A stretch of DNA of 64,000 bases from Planctomycetota bacterium (lineage in GTDB: Bacteria; Planctomycetota; B15-G4), in contig JBBQUR010000004.1 in assembly GCA_038212275.1 (NCBI GenBank), forward strand, positions 32,001 through 96,000, read 5' to 3'. The position numbers were made by a program, and so were the translations under genes. The notes beneath the pieces were generated by a model. It made no database searches, was not told the origin of the DNA, and saw only the letters and a program-made list of their open reading frames with translations. This document shows positions 28,791-38,619 of this stretch, piece after piece (the first letter of the stretch is position 1; each line of letters opens with the position of its first letter).

Positions 28791-29538
28791 CGGGCGTCGG
28801 TCCGGACTGCTGGCTCGGCGTCTCGGGCGGCGCAAGGTCGATGTCACCCGGCTGCAGCGGCACGCCGAACTCGAAGTCGGGGCGCAGCCGCCGCACGTTG
28901 TGCTCCAGGAAGTCGATGCGGTCGGGAAGGATGCGCGACAGTTCGAGCAAGCCGATGTACCCGATGGCGGTGGCGCCCTTGGGGTCGGAGTCGTCGCGCG
29001 CGAGCAGGCCGGCCAGCAGCCCGATGATTTCCCACCGGCCGGTGCGCTCCACGTAGAGGGCCGTGCCCTGGTAGTCGCGGGCGACGTCCTCCGCGCGGCG
29101 GTCCGGCACCGTGATCCAGTCGCCGAAACGCCCGTCGAGCCACGGACTCACGCCTTCCATGAGCGGCTCGTCCTGCTCGTCGCGAAGCGCGAGGAAGATC
29201 TGTTCGCCCGGCTGGGGCAGTGAGGTCGCGATGCGTCCCTCGCGCAGCCGCGAGGAGATCGGGTGCACGACGGCCAGGTTGTCATTGAGGCGGTCGATCC
29301 TGCCCCAGTCGCGGACCAGCGAATTTCCGACGGGGAACTGGATCTCGAACATCTTGCCGACCGCGTAGCCGGGTTCGGCGATCATCAGCACTCCATCCTC
29401 GGTGGACGTGCCGATGAGCGGAGTGCCCGTCGTGCCTTCCGGCCAGAGGCGCGTGAAGTGCGAGGGCGGCGATGAGGCGCAACCGGCCGCCAGAAGCAGC
29501 GACGCGGCGAGCGCAACGAGACGGGGCGTGCACACCAT
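28756..29538 (-). CDS. Hypothetical lipoprotein
   Basis: Lipobox LAAGC after a hydrophobic stretch; TAACGT 7 nt upstream of ATG. Confidence 0.68.
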   Translation of the reverse strand: MVCTPRLVALAASLLLAAGCASSPPSHFTRLWPEGTTGTPLIGTSTEDGVLMIAEPGYAVGKMFEIQFPVGNSLVRDWGRIDRLNDNLAVVHPISSRLREGRIATSLPQPGEQIFLALRDEQDEPLMEGVSPWLDGRFGDWITVPDRRAEDVARDYQGTALYVERTGRWEIIGLLAGLLARDDSDPKGATAIGYIGLLELSRILPDRIDFLEHNVRRLRPDFEFGVPLQPGDIDLAPPETPSQQSGPTPDAGSGGQQPGR

Positions 29539-29651
29539 CCGGGCGACGTTAACGCAGCCCATCGGGGCGAACAAGGTGCGGGCTGCGACGATACCCGCAG
29601 CCCGGATCGGCCCGGTCGGGGCAGGCATGCCGGGAGCGCGGCGGACGCCTG

Positions 29652-31670
29652 CTACGGAGCGTCCTTCGACGGCGCTTCGGCGCCTCCCGGTTCGCCTGCT
29701 CCGCCGTCGGGTGCGCCGTTGCTCCCGGGCGGCGCGGCATGCGTGCCTCCCGCCGCAGCGGCAGCAGCTGCGGCAAGATCCTCGGCGAAGAGCGGGATGT
29801 CCTTGACGTCCACCCAGTCCTTGTCCCACGCGTTCTCTCCGGGGAGGAGTTCGTGAGTCTCGGGGTTCTCGAACTTCCAGGACTGGAAGACATGATCGAT
29901 GCCGTGCACCTTTCCGGAGCGGATCAGTTCGCGGAGCTCGGTCGTCTTGAGGTTCTCGAGGCGCGGCGGCTCGGGCGACCCGCTGATGAAGTAGAAGGCG
30001 ACGTACCAGTTGCGCGCGTCCGCCGCCGCGGCCGCTGCGTCGATTTCCGCCTGGCTGCGACTGGCTTCGCGTGCGGGCTCGATGGCAGCAAGCAGCTCGT
30101 CGCGCAGGGCCTTGATGTAGGAGTTGCGGGATCCGCCAACCGCCATGGCGATGTCGAGCATGGACGTCGCGCGATCGAGGTCCTGCAGGCTGCCTTCCAT
30201 GATGAGAATGGCGGCGGCTTCGGTGTAGCTGAGCGGTTCGATGGGATCGAGATCGATGGCCCTCTGGATCAGCTCCCAGGCGCGGGCCTGATCCGGAGGC
30301 TGAGTCTGAATCGTTCCCTTGCGTTCATCGATGCCGCCGAGGCGCTGCATCTCGGCATAGGCGCGGTAGCAGTCGGCATTCTTGATGTTGCCATTGACGG
30401 CCTTCTCGTAGCAGTCGAAGGCCGTCTTCACGTGGCTGCCGTCTTCCTGCGGATTGCTCAGCGCGAGGCGCGCGGCGAGGTACCAGGCCTCGGGAGAGAG
30501 TTCGCCGTAGGCCTGCTCGGTGAACTGCAGCCACTCGGCCTCGAGTTGCTCGATGGACTTGCCGAAGCGCTTCTCGACTGCCAGGGCGACGTCATCGAGC
30601 GAGGCTTCCTTCAGTGCTCCTTTCACGTTCCCGTACACCTTGTTCTCGATGTGCAGGTCCTGGTTCTTGGACAGGTTGGCGAAGAAGCCGCGGAACTGCT
30701 TGCCGTACTTCGGCGACTCCATCATGAAGTGCACGAAGGACCAGGCCACGGCATAGTGGCGCGCGGTGAACTCCGGCTGCTCGGTCGTGAGCACTTCACG
30801 CAGGCCGAGGACGTTGCCGGTGGCCTTGTCGGTGCGCATGGACACGATGCGCTCGTACTGCAGCCCGCCGATGTGGAACTTGCCCTTCTCGTCGATCTGC
30901 GTCGTGCCGTAGTACTCGGCCATGCCCTCGTTGAGCCAGATCGGATAGTGGAACTTCGTGTCGATCAGGTATGTGAGCAGGTGGTTGCCTTCGTGGAACA
31001 GCGTGGCACGCGTGAGCTGGGGATCCAGCTGGTCGTCGTAGAGCTGCAGCTCCTTGTCGACGAAGCTGAAGAATCCGCCCACGCCGTAGCGAACCCGCGT
31101 GATGCGCAGGAAGTCGTCGTAGTCGCGGTAGAGGAAGAACTTCATCTTGCCCTTCACCTCGCCCGGGGTGAGCGTGATGCCCCAGTCGTCCGTGAAGTAG
31201 GTGTAGTAGGCCTCGAGCCGGTCGGTGTACTCCTTGCGCACGGCTTCGGTGCAGTTGGACTTCACGACGAAGTGCCGCGTCTCCTCCGTGACGGCGTTGC
31301 TCCACTCCTGCAGCCGCTTGGCGTCGTCGATGACCGCCTTGTCGGCCGCTGCCCGCTTCTTCAACTCGCCCTCGCGGCGATCCTTGCTCATCCAGCCGTT
31401 CTCGAAGAGCACCCAGCCCTTCTTGAGGTAGTCCTCTTCCTGCTTGTTCTTCGGAACATAGCCCTCGAGGTTCTCGACGTAGGTCTTGGTGACGAGGTCG
31501 CTTCGGATCGGGATCTCGATGCCGCGGATCTTGAGGCGCACGTAGCCCGCATCCGTGGAAGGCACGAGCGTCCCTTCGATCGTGCGCCCGTCCGCCAGCA
31601 GCACCTTGTCGAAGCACGGAAGCGCCGTGACGGCAGCGGAAAGGCAAAGCGAGAGCAGCACGCAGAGCAT
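29652..31670 (-). CDS. DUF1570-like zincin domain protein, exported
   Basis: Signal peptide; DKVLLADGRTIEG; TRHFVVKS; LFHEGNHLL...WLNEGMAEY; YAVAWSFVHF. Confidence 0.75.
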   Translation of the reverse strand: MLCVLLSLCLSAAVTALPCFDKVLLADGRTIEGTLVPSTDAGYVRLKIRGIEIPIRSDLVTKTYVENLEGYVPKNKQEEDYLKKGWVLFENGWMSKDRREGELKKRAAADKAVIDDAKRLQEWSNAVTEETRHFVVKSNCTEAVRKEYTDRLEAYYTYFTDDWGITLTPGEVKGKMKFFLYRDYDDFLRITRVRYGVGGFFSFVDKELQLYDDQLDPQLTRATLFHEGNHLLTYLIDTKFHYPIWLNEGMAEYYGTTQIDEKGKFHIGGLQYERIVSMRTDKATGNVLGLREVLTTEQPEFTARHYAVAWSFVHFMMESPKYGKQFRGFFANLSKNQDLHIENKVYGNVKGALKEASLDDVALAVEKRFGKSIEQLEAEWLQFTEQAYGELSPEAWYLAARLALSNPQEDGSHVKTAFDCYEKAVNGNIKNADCYRAYAEMQRLGGIDERKGTIQTQPPDQARAWELIQRAIDLDPIEPLSYTEAAAILIMEGSLQDLDRATSMLDIAMAVGGSRNSYIKALRDELLAAIEPAREASRSQAEIDAAAAAADARNWYVAFYFISGSPEPPRLENLKTTELRELIRSGKVHGIDHVFQSWKFENPETHELLPGENAWDKDWVDVKDIPLFAEDLAAAAAAAAGGTHAAPPGSNGAPDGGAGEPGGAEAPSKDAP

Positions 31671-31686
31671 CAGTCGGTTCCTTGCT

Positions 31687-33333
31687 TCAGACTTTTTCGA
31701 TGTACTTGAGCCACGCGGCCTGGAACTTGTCCCAGTCCGCGTCGGTCCAGTCCTTGAAGGTCTTGTCCGCGGCCATGTCCTGCACCTTGTCTTCGTCGAT
31801 GCGGCCGTAGTATTCCTTCACCTCGTGGCTCATCTCGTCCGAGGAGCCTTGCTCCTTGGTCTCCGCCTCGGCGAGCGTCTTCGTCATCAGCGCCTGCGCG
31901 GCTTCCTCGCGCGCCGACACGAGCGCCGCGAGGTAGTCGGACAGGATGCTGGCGACCTTGGGGTCGAGTCCCTTGCCTTCGCGCAGGTAGTGGACGATTC
32001 CCCAGCCGGTGGCGTAGCAGATTCCCGGAGCGTATCCCGCGCTTCCGTAGTAGTCCGACTGGTGGAAGCGCATCACCTGCTTCAGCGGCGGGCAGGCTCC
32101 CTCGGCACCGGTCTTGCCTTCGGACAACAGGCGCGCCGCTTCCTTGATCGTGCTGCGTCGGCCGATACCCTCCGGGCCGTCACCGTAACTGGTGACGCGA
32201 TTGCTCTTGGTGAGTTTGGCCCCGGCGTAGTAATCGCCCGTGCCTTCGTTGTACCAGGAGTGCGGGGCGAGCTCGCCGTAGAAGTAGTAGATGAACTGGT
32301 GGAAGGCCTCGTGATTGAGCACGCCGAGCGTGAATTCGCGCGGCCGGTAATCAAACAGCACGAGCTCGCGTTCCCCGGAGTTCCAGTAGCCGCCGGTTCC
32401 GTCTCGCCCGCCGTACCCCTTGTATTCGTCGACGTTCTTGCAGACACGCACGATCGACACGTCTTCGATGGGGGTCTGTCGCGGATAATGGGTCTCGTAC
32501 ACGTCGCGCATCGCTTCGATGCGCGTGGCGAGATCCTGCGTGACACCCTTCTCGGAATCGTAGAGGAAGAGATAGCGCTTCGTGCGCAGGTGGCTCCAGC
32601 CCGGCGGGAGCTTGTCGATCTGCTTCTGCAGGAAGCGATCCTGCTCGCTCATCGCGCCCAGGTCCGCATCGTGTGACCCCTGGTCCTTCTTTTCGATGCG
32701 AGCAAACGACTTCGCCGCCTTGGTGAATTCTCCGACGGCCTTGTCGAAACGGTTCTCGATGGCGGAGCCGGTGAAGACCCAGCGGCCGTCGGGCTGATCG
32801 AGCGTGACGAGGTAGACCTTCAGCGGGTTCTGCGTGGAGGTGAGGATCATCTCGCGGCCCTTGCCGCCCGCGATGGTCACGTCCTTTTCCCTGGTGACGT
32901 CGCAGTAGCCGAAGCGCGCATCGATCAGCCACCGAATGAAGGTGTCGAGTCCGTCCTGCGGAGCTGCTTCGCCCTTCTTTGCCTTCGTGACTTTCGCAGG
33001 CTTCTTGGGCTTGTCGTCCTTGGTATCCGGCGGCGGCTCGCCGTCGCCGTCCGGAGAGCCTTCGTCAGCCGGATCGTCCAGGGCCCGGCCGATGGGCCAG
33101 AAGCTGATCTCGAACTGGCGGTTGTAGGGCGTGTAGCCCTGCTCGCCGCCGTAGTCCTTCTGCGGATCCTGATACTTGGCCAGCGTGAGCGAGTCGTTCG
33201 GACTCAGCGCCACCGCCACGTAGTCCTTCGGCGCCTTGAAAGTGAAACCGTGCGTGGAGTCCTTGAACTGCCCGTTTGCCAGCGCCGGTAGAAACAACAG
33301 AATCAGGCCCAGCCTGACACGTGCGCTTCGCAT
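31687..33333 (-). CDS. DUF1570-like zincin domain protein, exported
   Basis: Signal peptide; LNHEAFHQF...WYNEGTGDY; YATGWGIVHYL. Confidence 0.75.
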   Translation of the reverse strand: MRSARVRLGLILLFLPALANGQFKDSTHGFTFKAPKDYVAVALSPNDSLTLAKYQDPQKDYGGEQGYTPYNRQFEISFWPIGRALDDPADEGSPDGDGEPPPDTKDDKPKKPAKVTKAKKGEAAPQDGLDTFIRWLIDARFGYCDVTREKDVTIAGGKGREMILTSTQNPLKVYLVTLDQPDGRWVFTGSAIENRFDKAVGEFTKAAKSFARIEKKDQGSHDADLGAMSEQDRFLQKQIDKLPPGWSHLRTKRYLFLYDSEKGVTQDLATRIEAMRDVYETHYPRQTPIEDVSIVRVCKNVDEYKGYGGRDGTGGYWNSGERELVLFDYRPREFTLGVLNHEAFHQFIYYFYGELAPHSWYNEGTGDYYAGAKLTKSNRVTSYGDGPEGIGRRSTIKEAARLLSEGKTGAEGACPPLKQVMRFHQSDYYGSAGYAPGICYATGWGIVHYLREGKGLDPKVASILSDYLAALVSAREEAAQALMTKTLAEAETKEQGSSDEMSHEVKEYYGRIDEDKVQDMAADKTFKDWTDADWDKFQAAWLKYIEKV

Positions 33334-33504
33334 CACCGTTTCCCTCGATGCTGACCCCTCGGATCGCGCAACCCCCGAACTGCCTCGGGATGCACGACCG
33401 GGAGCCAGCCGTATGATAGCGGGATTCGGGACGGAAGTGGCTGGCCAGTGCATCGCAGTGGTGCCAGCCACGACTCGACCACGGAATCTGGAGGCCACCC
33501 GGGC

Positions 33505-36500
33505 ATGTCTGCTGCATCACTCAAGCTTCCGCTCGTCGGCATGGGCGTCGTGCTCGCTGCGGGCGTTGCCGCCTGGCTGGTCTTCTCGTCCGCCGACGAC
33601 GCCGGGGCTCAGCCCGTCACGCCCCTGTCGGCGCGAGCCGCCGTGCCGGAACCCACCGGGTTCAGGGGTGGTCCTGCCGACGAGCGAGCCACCCCGACGG
33701 AGGTGCTTGCGCCGGCACCCGTGACGCCGGCCTCCCTGGACGGGCGCGTCCGGACGGCGGGTTCCGAAGCCGCAACGCAGGCCGAGCGTGCGCCCGTGGA
33801 GACCGTGGATCTCACCGGTCGTGTGGTGGATGGCAGCGGGCGTGCGATCGAAGGTGCCACCGTCACGTTTCAGGCGGACCCGATCGTCTTCGCGATCCGC
33901 AGGGGCGGCGACGGCGGCGAAGCCCGGCCCGCGGCGCCCTCCGCCACCACGGCGCGCGACGGGAGCTTCAAGCTGCACGCCGAGTTGCCGGCAGCGCCCC
34001 GTGTGTCAGGCGACATTCCGCTGCCGGCCATCGCGCCGCAACTCGCCACGCGCCATGAGCTTTTCGCGACGCTGGTCACCTCGCTGCCGGAACTGGCGGC
34101 GGGCTCACGCGATGTCGGAACTCTCGTCATGGATCCGGGCGCCTGGATTTCCGGACGCGCCGTCGACAGCAAGCAGCGACCCGTGGCCGGCGCCACCGTC
34201 ACCGGCCGCAATGAAGGCGGCGGCTCGCGCGGCGGCCGTGGCCGAGGCCGCGGGCCGGGTGGGCCCGGCGGATTCTTCGGCGGCCTCACCGAGTCCATCG
34301 GCAGCGTGACCACGGGCCCCGATGGGCGCTTCACGGTGAGCGGCATGCGCGAGGGCAAGGCCGGGCTGACCGTGCAGAAGCAGGGATTGCGCCTGGGCTC
34401 GTTGAGCGACCTCGACCTCCTGGCGGGCGTGCCGCTCAGTGTCGGCGACGTCGTGCTGGAGGACGGTGAACTCATCGCCGGCGTCGTGGTCGATGAACAG
34501 GGAGTGCCGATTTCCGGCGCCAGCGTCTCCGTGTCCAGCCTGGCGCGCATCGTGGTGAATCGCATCGAGGATCTGCCGCGTCAGCAGATCGGCCAGGAAT
34601 TCGGTCAGCGCGTGACGAGCGATGCCGAAGGGCACTTCGAGGTCGCCGGTCTGGCCGGCGGAACCTACACCGTTCACGTCGCGTCGCCGGGCTGCGCGGA
34701 ACTCCAGCGCGAGGACGTGCCCGCCGGCACGCGCAACCTGCGCCTGGCGCCGGTTCGACTGGGTTCGCTGCTGATCTCGCTGCAGGACAAGGCCGACGGA
34801 AAGCCCATCGAGCATGCGCGCATCAAGGCCACGCAGGCGACGGCCCCCGGCGAGTTTGCGGCCTGGCGCGGCGAGACGGTCGTGCCGGTGCTCGAGGGCG
34901 CCGCAGCGATGAAGGCCGCGGGGCTGGAGGAGCCTTCGAGCGGAGCGTATTTCGTGGCCGAGGCCGGCCTGCAAGGCACCAACCTCGTCGTCGCTGCGGA
35001 AGGCTACGCCACGCAGGAGATCGCGGCGCCGGCCGCCGTGTCGGGCCAGTTGTCGCGCTTCGGCGTGCAACTGGTTCCGGCCGCCGTGGTCGCCGGCCGC
35101 GTGCTGGATCGGGACGATCAGCCCGTGGCCGACGCGCTGGTGGAGATGGAAGTGGATCAGCAGGTCGATGACGGTGTGGTTGACCTCGGGGGCGGACGGC
35201 GCGAGATCCGGCGCGCATTGCGCATCGGACGTGACGACGGCGGCGAAGGGGAACTCAGCGCGGAACGCCTGACGGCGCGCACCGGTGCCGACGGCACCTT
35301 CGTGATTGCCGGCGCTTCCGCCGGCGACTGGACGCTGCACGTCACGGCGGACGGCTTCGTGTCGAGTCCGAATCAGAAGCTGACGCTGGCCGACGGGCAG
35401 TCGCAGCGCGATCTCACCGTGGTGCTCGACACGGCCGGCCGAGTGGCCGGCATGGTGACCGAATCGGACGGCACGCCGGTGGCGGACATCGAGGTCACCG
35501 CGACGCCCGCGACCGCGGCAGCAGCCGCGCCCGCAACCGAGGACAGGGGCGGCCCGTTCGGCCGCTTCTTCGGCCGCGGAGGCGTGGAAGGCGAGCGCCG
35601 CGCCCGCACGCGCATCGACGGCACCTACGTGATCGATGGCCTGAAGGAAGGCGACTACGTGGCGCGACTCGGCAACGGTCGGCGCGGCATGAATCTCGGC
35701 GGCGCGATGGTCTTCCCGATGGAGGGCGGCGACGGCAGCGATCCCTCCAATCCGAGCACACCCGCGCACGTCATCGCCGGTCAGGAGACGCGCGTGGATT
35801 TCGTGCGGCCCAAGCGCGCCTCGCTGGGAGGGCGCGTCCTTGCCGCGGGCGCTCCGGTTCCCGGGGTGACGGTCACGATGCGTCGCGCGGGCGGCCTGCC
35901 CTTCGGCGGGGAGCGCGCCACGACCGATGATCGCGGCGAGTACCGGTTCGCCGACGTCGAGGCTGGCAGCTACGACGTGTCGGCGCTCGCTCCGGGTGCG
36001 GGCCTGGAGCGCAAGCAGACGGTCAAGCTCGTTGCGGGCCAGGAGCAGCTCGCTGATCTGAGCTTCTCCGGCTCCACGGTGTCCGGCCGCGTGGTGGACA
36101 GCCAGAGCGGCGCAGGCGTTGCAGGCATCCAGATCACGATGTCGCCGGCACGCGACGCTTCGAAGGATGAGGCGCCTCGGGAAGCGATGGCCTTTTCGAT
36201 CATCACGAGCGACGGCCCGGGCGGCGCAGCTCCGGCTGGCCTGAACATGACCATCAATGGAGGCTCCGTGTCGGGCGTCCGCACGGATTCAGAAGGCCAG
36301 TTCGAATTGAAGTACGTCGAGGCCGGCCGCTACAGCCTCGAGGCGGAGGGCGCAGGCTACATGCGCACGACCAAGGACTCGCTGGAGGTGGCCGACGGCA
36401 GGAGCCTCTCCGACGTGAAGCTCGAGGTCAGTCGCGGCGGCATCGTCGAAGGACGCGTCCGCTCCGGCAGCACCGGAGAATCTCTGGACAAGGTGCCGGT

Positions 36501-36696
36501 GAGGCTCAGCTCCGACGGCGACGAGCAGATGAGCGTCACCAGCGACGGCGGACGCTATCGCTTCGACGGCCTGCAGCCGGGCGACTACTCGATCGACGTG
36601 CTCGGCTCGGGCTTCGGCTCCGAGGCGATCGCGACGAAGACCGTCAAGGTGAAGGCTGGCGAGACGGCGACCGCAGACCTGTCCACGAAGGGCTGA
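33505..36696 (+). CDS. Large membrane-anchored protein with multiple carboxypeptidase-regulatory-like (beta-sandwich) repeats
   Basis: SD GGAGG; N-terminal TM; repeated GRVVD...P..GA.V and T..DG.F....L..G.Y units. Confidence 0.8.
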   Translation: MSAASLKLPLVGMGVVLAAGVAAWLVFSSADDAGAQPVTPLSARAAVPEPTGFRGGPADERATPTEVLAPAPVTPASLDGRVRTAGSEAATQAERAPVETVDLTGRVVDGSGRAIEGATVTFQADPIVFAIRRGGDGGEARPAAPSATTARDGSFKLHAELPAAPRVSGDIPLPAIAPQLATRHELFATLVTSLPELAAGSRDVGTLVMDPGAWISGRAVDSKQRPVAGATVTGRNEGGGSRGGRGRGRGPGGPGGFFGGLTESIGSVTTGPDGRFTVSGMREGKAGLTVQKQGLRLGSLSDLDLLAGVPLSVGDVVLEDGELIAGVVVDEQGVPISGASVSVSSLARIVVNRIEDLPRQQIGQEFGQRVTSDAEGHFEVAGLAGGTYTVHVASPGCAELQREDVPAGTRNLRLAPVRLGSLLISLQDKADGKPIEHARIKATQATAPGEFAAWRGETVVPVLEGAAAMKAAGLEEPSSGAYFVAEAGLQGTNLVVAAEGYATQEIAAPAAVSGQLSRFGVQLVPAAVVAGRVLDRDDQPVADALVEMEVDQQVDDGVVDLGGGRREIRRALRIGRDDGGEGELSAERLTARTGADGTFVIAGASAGDWTLHVTADGFVSSPNQKLTLADGQSQRDLTVVLDTAGRVAGMVTESDGTPVADIEVTATPATAAAAAPATEDRGGPFGRFFGRGGVEGERRARTRIDGTYVIDGLKEGDYVARLGNGRRGMNLGGAMVFPMEGGDGSDPSNPSTPAHVIAGQETRVDFVRPKRASLGGRVLAAGAPVPGVTVTMRRAGGLPFGGERATTDDRGEYRFADVEAGSYDVSALAPGAGLERKQTVKLVAGQEQLADLSFSGSTVSGRVVDSQSGAGVAGIQITMSPARDASKDEAPREAMAFSIITSDGPGGAAPAGLNMTINGGSVSGVRTDSEGQFELKYVEAGRYSLEAEGAGYMRTTKDSLEVADGRSLSDVKLEVSRGGIVEGRVRSGSTGESLDKVPVRLSSDGDEQMSVTSDGGRYRFDGLQPGDYSIDVLGSGFGSEAIATKTVKVKAGETATADLSTKG

Positions 36697-36808
36697 GCGC
36701 AGCGAAGGCCGCGAGCGTGGCGAAGCGCGCGCAGGCCGCGCGGGCCGCGCGGGCCGCGAGTCGGGCGGGGGCGCCCCGCGGCTCGCTACGGCAGCTGCGG
36801 CGTCGGCG

Positions 36809-37921
36809 TCAGTCCGGCGCGTTGCCCGGGAAGTGAGCGGGGCCGGTGAGCACCACGCAGGTGCGGCAGACCTCGGGGTACTCGCCCTTGAACATCTGGC
36901 GGCGGAACTCCTGGTAACGGGGGCCGTTCCAGATGCTCTCGAAGCTCTCGCGCAGCACGTTGCCCATCTCCAGCTCGGCCGGGCCCCGGCAGCACGGATA
37001 CACGGCGCCGTCCGGCGTGACCTTGGCGTAGTTCATCGCCATCGGGCAGAAGCCGGGGTGCATCGTCGCGAGGCTGTCCATGTGCAGCTCGCGGATCTCG
37101 GCCAGCGGCGCCTTGCTGCCCTGCCGGCTGGGATGGGCGACGATCTCGCCGCCCCAGGGCTGGTGCAGGTGGAGGCTGACGCTGACCTTGCGCGCGAGGG
37201 CCCGCTCGCGCACCAGCTCGACCATCGCTCCGAAGGCGTCCTCGGGCACGCGACCCTCCACCTTCAGGTCTTCGTAGCCGGTCGAGTTGGGGAGGAGCTC
37301 CTGGATGGACATCTGCGTGCCGCCGAGATCCGCCACGAGGTCCACCAGCGCCGGCATCTGATGCCAGTTGGGTTCCATGACCACTCCGTTGAAACCGATC
37401 TCGATGCGCGCCGCCGCAGCGAGCGGCATCACGGTGCGGATGTTCGCGAGCACTTCCTCGAAGTTCGCGCCAGCACGCAGCGCCTCAAACGTGGCCTTCT
37501 CGGGCGAGTCGATGGAAAACCAGATGCGGTGCGTGCACGGAGCGATGCGCAGGAAGGTCTTCTCGTCCAGCAGCGTGCCGTTGCAGTAGAGCAGCATCTG
37601 CACGTCGTGCCGCCCGCACATCTCCACGATCGCCTCGAGATCGTTCATGAGCGGCTCGCTGGCGTCGCTCGGAGTCAGGTGCAGCGCATGCGGGAGGATC
37701 TGGTCCAGCACGCCGCGCGCGGCAGCGGGTGGCATCACCTTGGACGGGATGCCGTCGGCCTGATGGCACATCACGCACAGCAGGTTGCAGTGGTTGTTGA
37801 AGCCGAACTCGATCTCGGTGGGACGCGACACCCAGACCAGGCGCTCGCACGCCAGGTCTTCCGCGAGGCGCAGGACGTTCTCGCTCTCGCGCGGAATCTT
37901 GTGTTCTCTGCCGTTCGTCAT
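36809..37921 (-). CDS. Radical SAM protein with SPASM/twitch domain
   Basis: CNLLCVMC; FSIDSP; C-terminal CPMA...PDGAVYPCC...GNVLRESFESIWNG...CRTC. Confidence 0.88.
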   Translation of the reverse strand: MTNGREHKIPRESENVLRLAEDLACERLVWVSRPTEIEFGFNNHCNLLCVMCHQADGIPSKVMPPAAARGVLDQILPHALHLTPSDASEPLMNDLEAIVEMCGRHDVQMLLYCNGTLLDEKTFLRIAPCTHRIWFSIDSPEKATFEALRAGANFEEVLANIRTVMPLAAAARIEIGFNGVVMEPNWHQMPALVDLVADLGGTQMSIQELLPNSTGYEDLKVEGRVPEDAFGAMVELVRERALARKVSVSLHLHQPWGGEIVAHPSRQGSKAPLAEIRELHMDSLATMHPGFCPMAMNYAKVTPDGAVYPCCRGPAELEMGNVLRESFESIWNGPRYQEFRRQMFKGEYPEVCRTCVVLTGPAHFPGNAPD

Positions 37922-38044
37922 GGTGCCCGTGGGGTGAGAGGCGTGTGCCGGGATTGGTGCGACTGCGCATTCAGCAGCGTAGCCCGGCATGGCGGCCGGG
38001 CACGCAGCCGACTCCACTCTTCTCGGCTCGTCCGCGACTTCGAC

Positions 38045-38590
38045 TCAGGTGGACTTGCGGCCGCGTTTGCTGCCCGGATCGTCCGCTGAGCGCGGGGCGT
38101 CCTTGCCCGAGGCGGGGCGACCCCTGGCCGGATCCTTGCCGTCCGGAGCGCCCTTCGGCGAGTCTGGCGTCTTCCCGGCACGACCCGGACCGGCCGGCTT
38201 CGTCTCGGATGCTGTCGCATCGGGGCGGCCGGAGTCTGCGGCCTTGGTGCCCTTGGACGGGCCCTTGCCCGCTGCGTCAGGGCCGGTCCCGCCTGCGTCC
38301 TTGCCGCTTCCGACGTCGTGGTTGCCGGATGAGGAGTCGTGGTTGCCGGATGCGGAGTCGCCGGAGGAGGACTCACCAGCCGGTGCCGGCTTGCCGCCCG
38401 AGGTGGCTCGCTTGTAGTCGGTCTCGTAGAAGCCGCTGCCCTTGAAGACCACGCCGATGCCTGCGCCGATGAGACGACGCAGCTTGCGTCGACGGCACTT
38501 CGGGCAGGTCACGAGCAGCGGCTCGGCGATGCCCTGGAAGTGCTCGAAGCGATGCTGGCACGCGTCGCAGACGTAGTCGTAGGTGGGAAT
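38045..38590 (-). CDS. FmdB-family zinc-ribbon protein, probable ATT start
   Basis: (I/M)PTYDYVCDACQHRFEHFQ...CPKC...FKGSGFYETDY; the first CxxC lies upstream of the track's GTG38512. Confidence 0.85.
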   Translation of the reverse strand: MPTYDYVCDACQHRFEHFQGIAEPLLVTCPKCRRRKLRRLIGAGIGVVFKGSGFYETDYKRATSGGKPAPAGESSSGDSASGNHDSSSGNHDVGSGKDAGGTGPDAAGKGPSKGTKAADSGRPDATASETKPAGPGRAGKTPDSPKGAPDGKDPARGRPASGKDAPRSADDPGSKRGRKST

Positions 38591-38619
38591 GGGGCCGTCC
38601 GTGTCGCGGGTGGGGGCTG

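Noticed and set aside
36697..36808. ggccgcgcg-type repeats between convergent genes as terminator or REP element
   Set aside because: Short GC-only repeats with no convincing stem plus U tract
36809..38590. RiPP cluster around the radical SAM/SPASM gene
   Set aside because: No precursor peptide, RRE domain, peptidase or exporter adjacent
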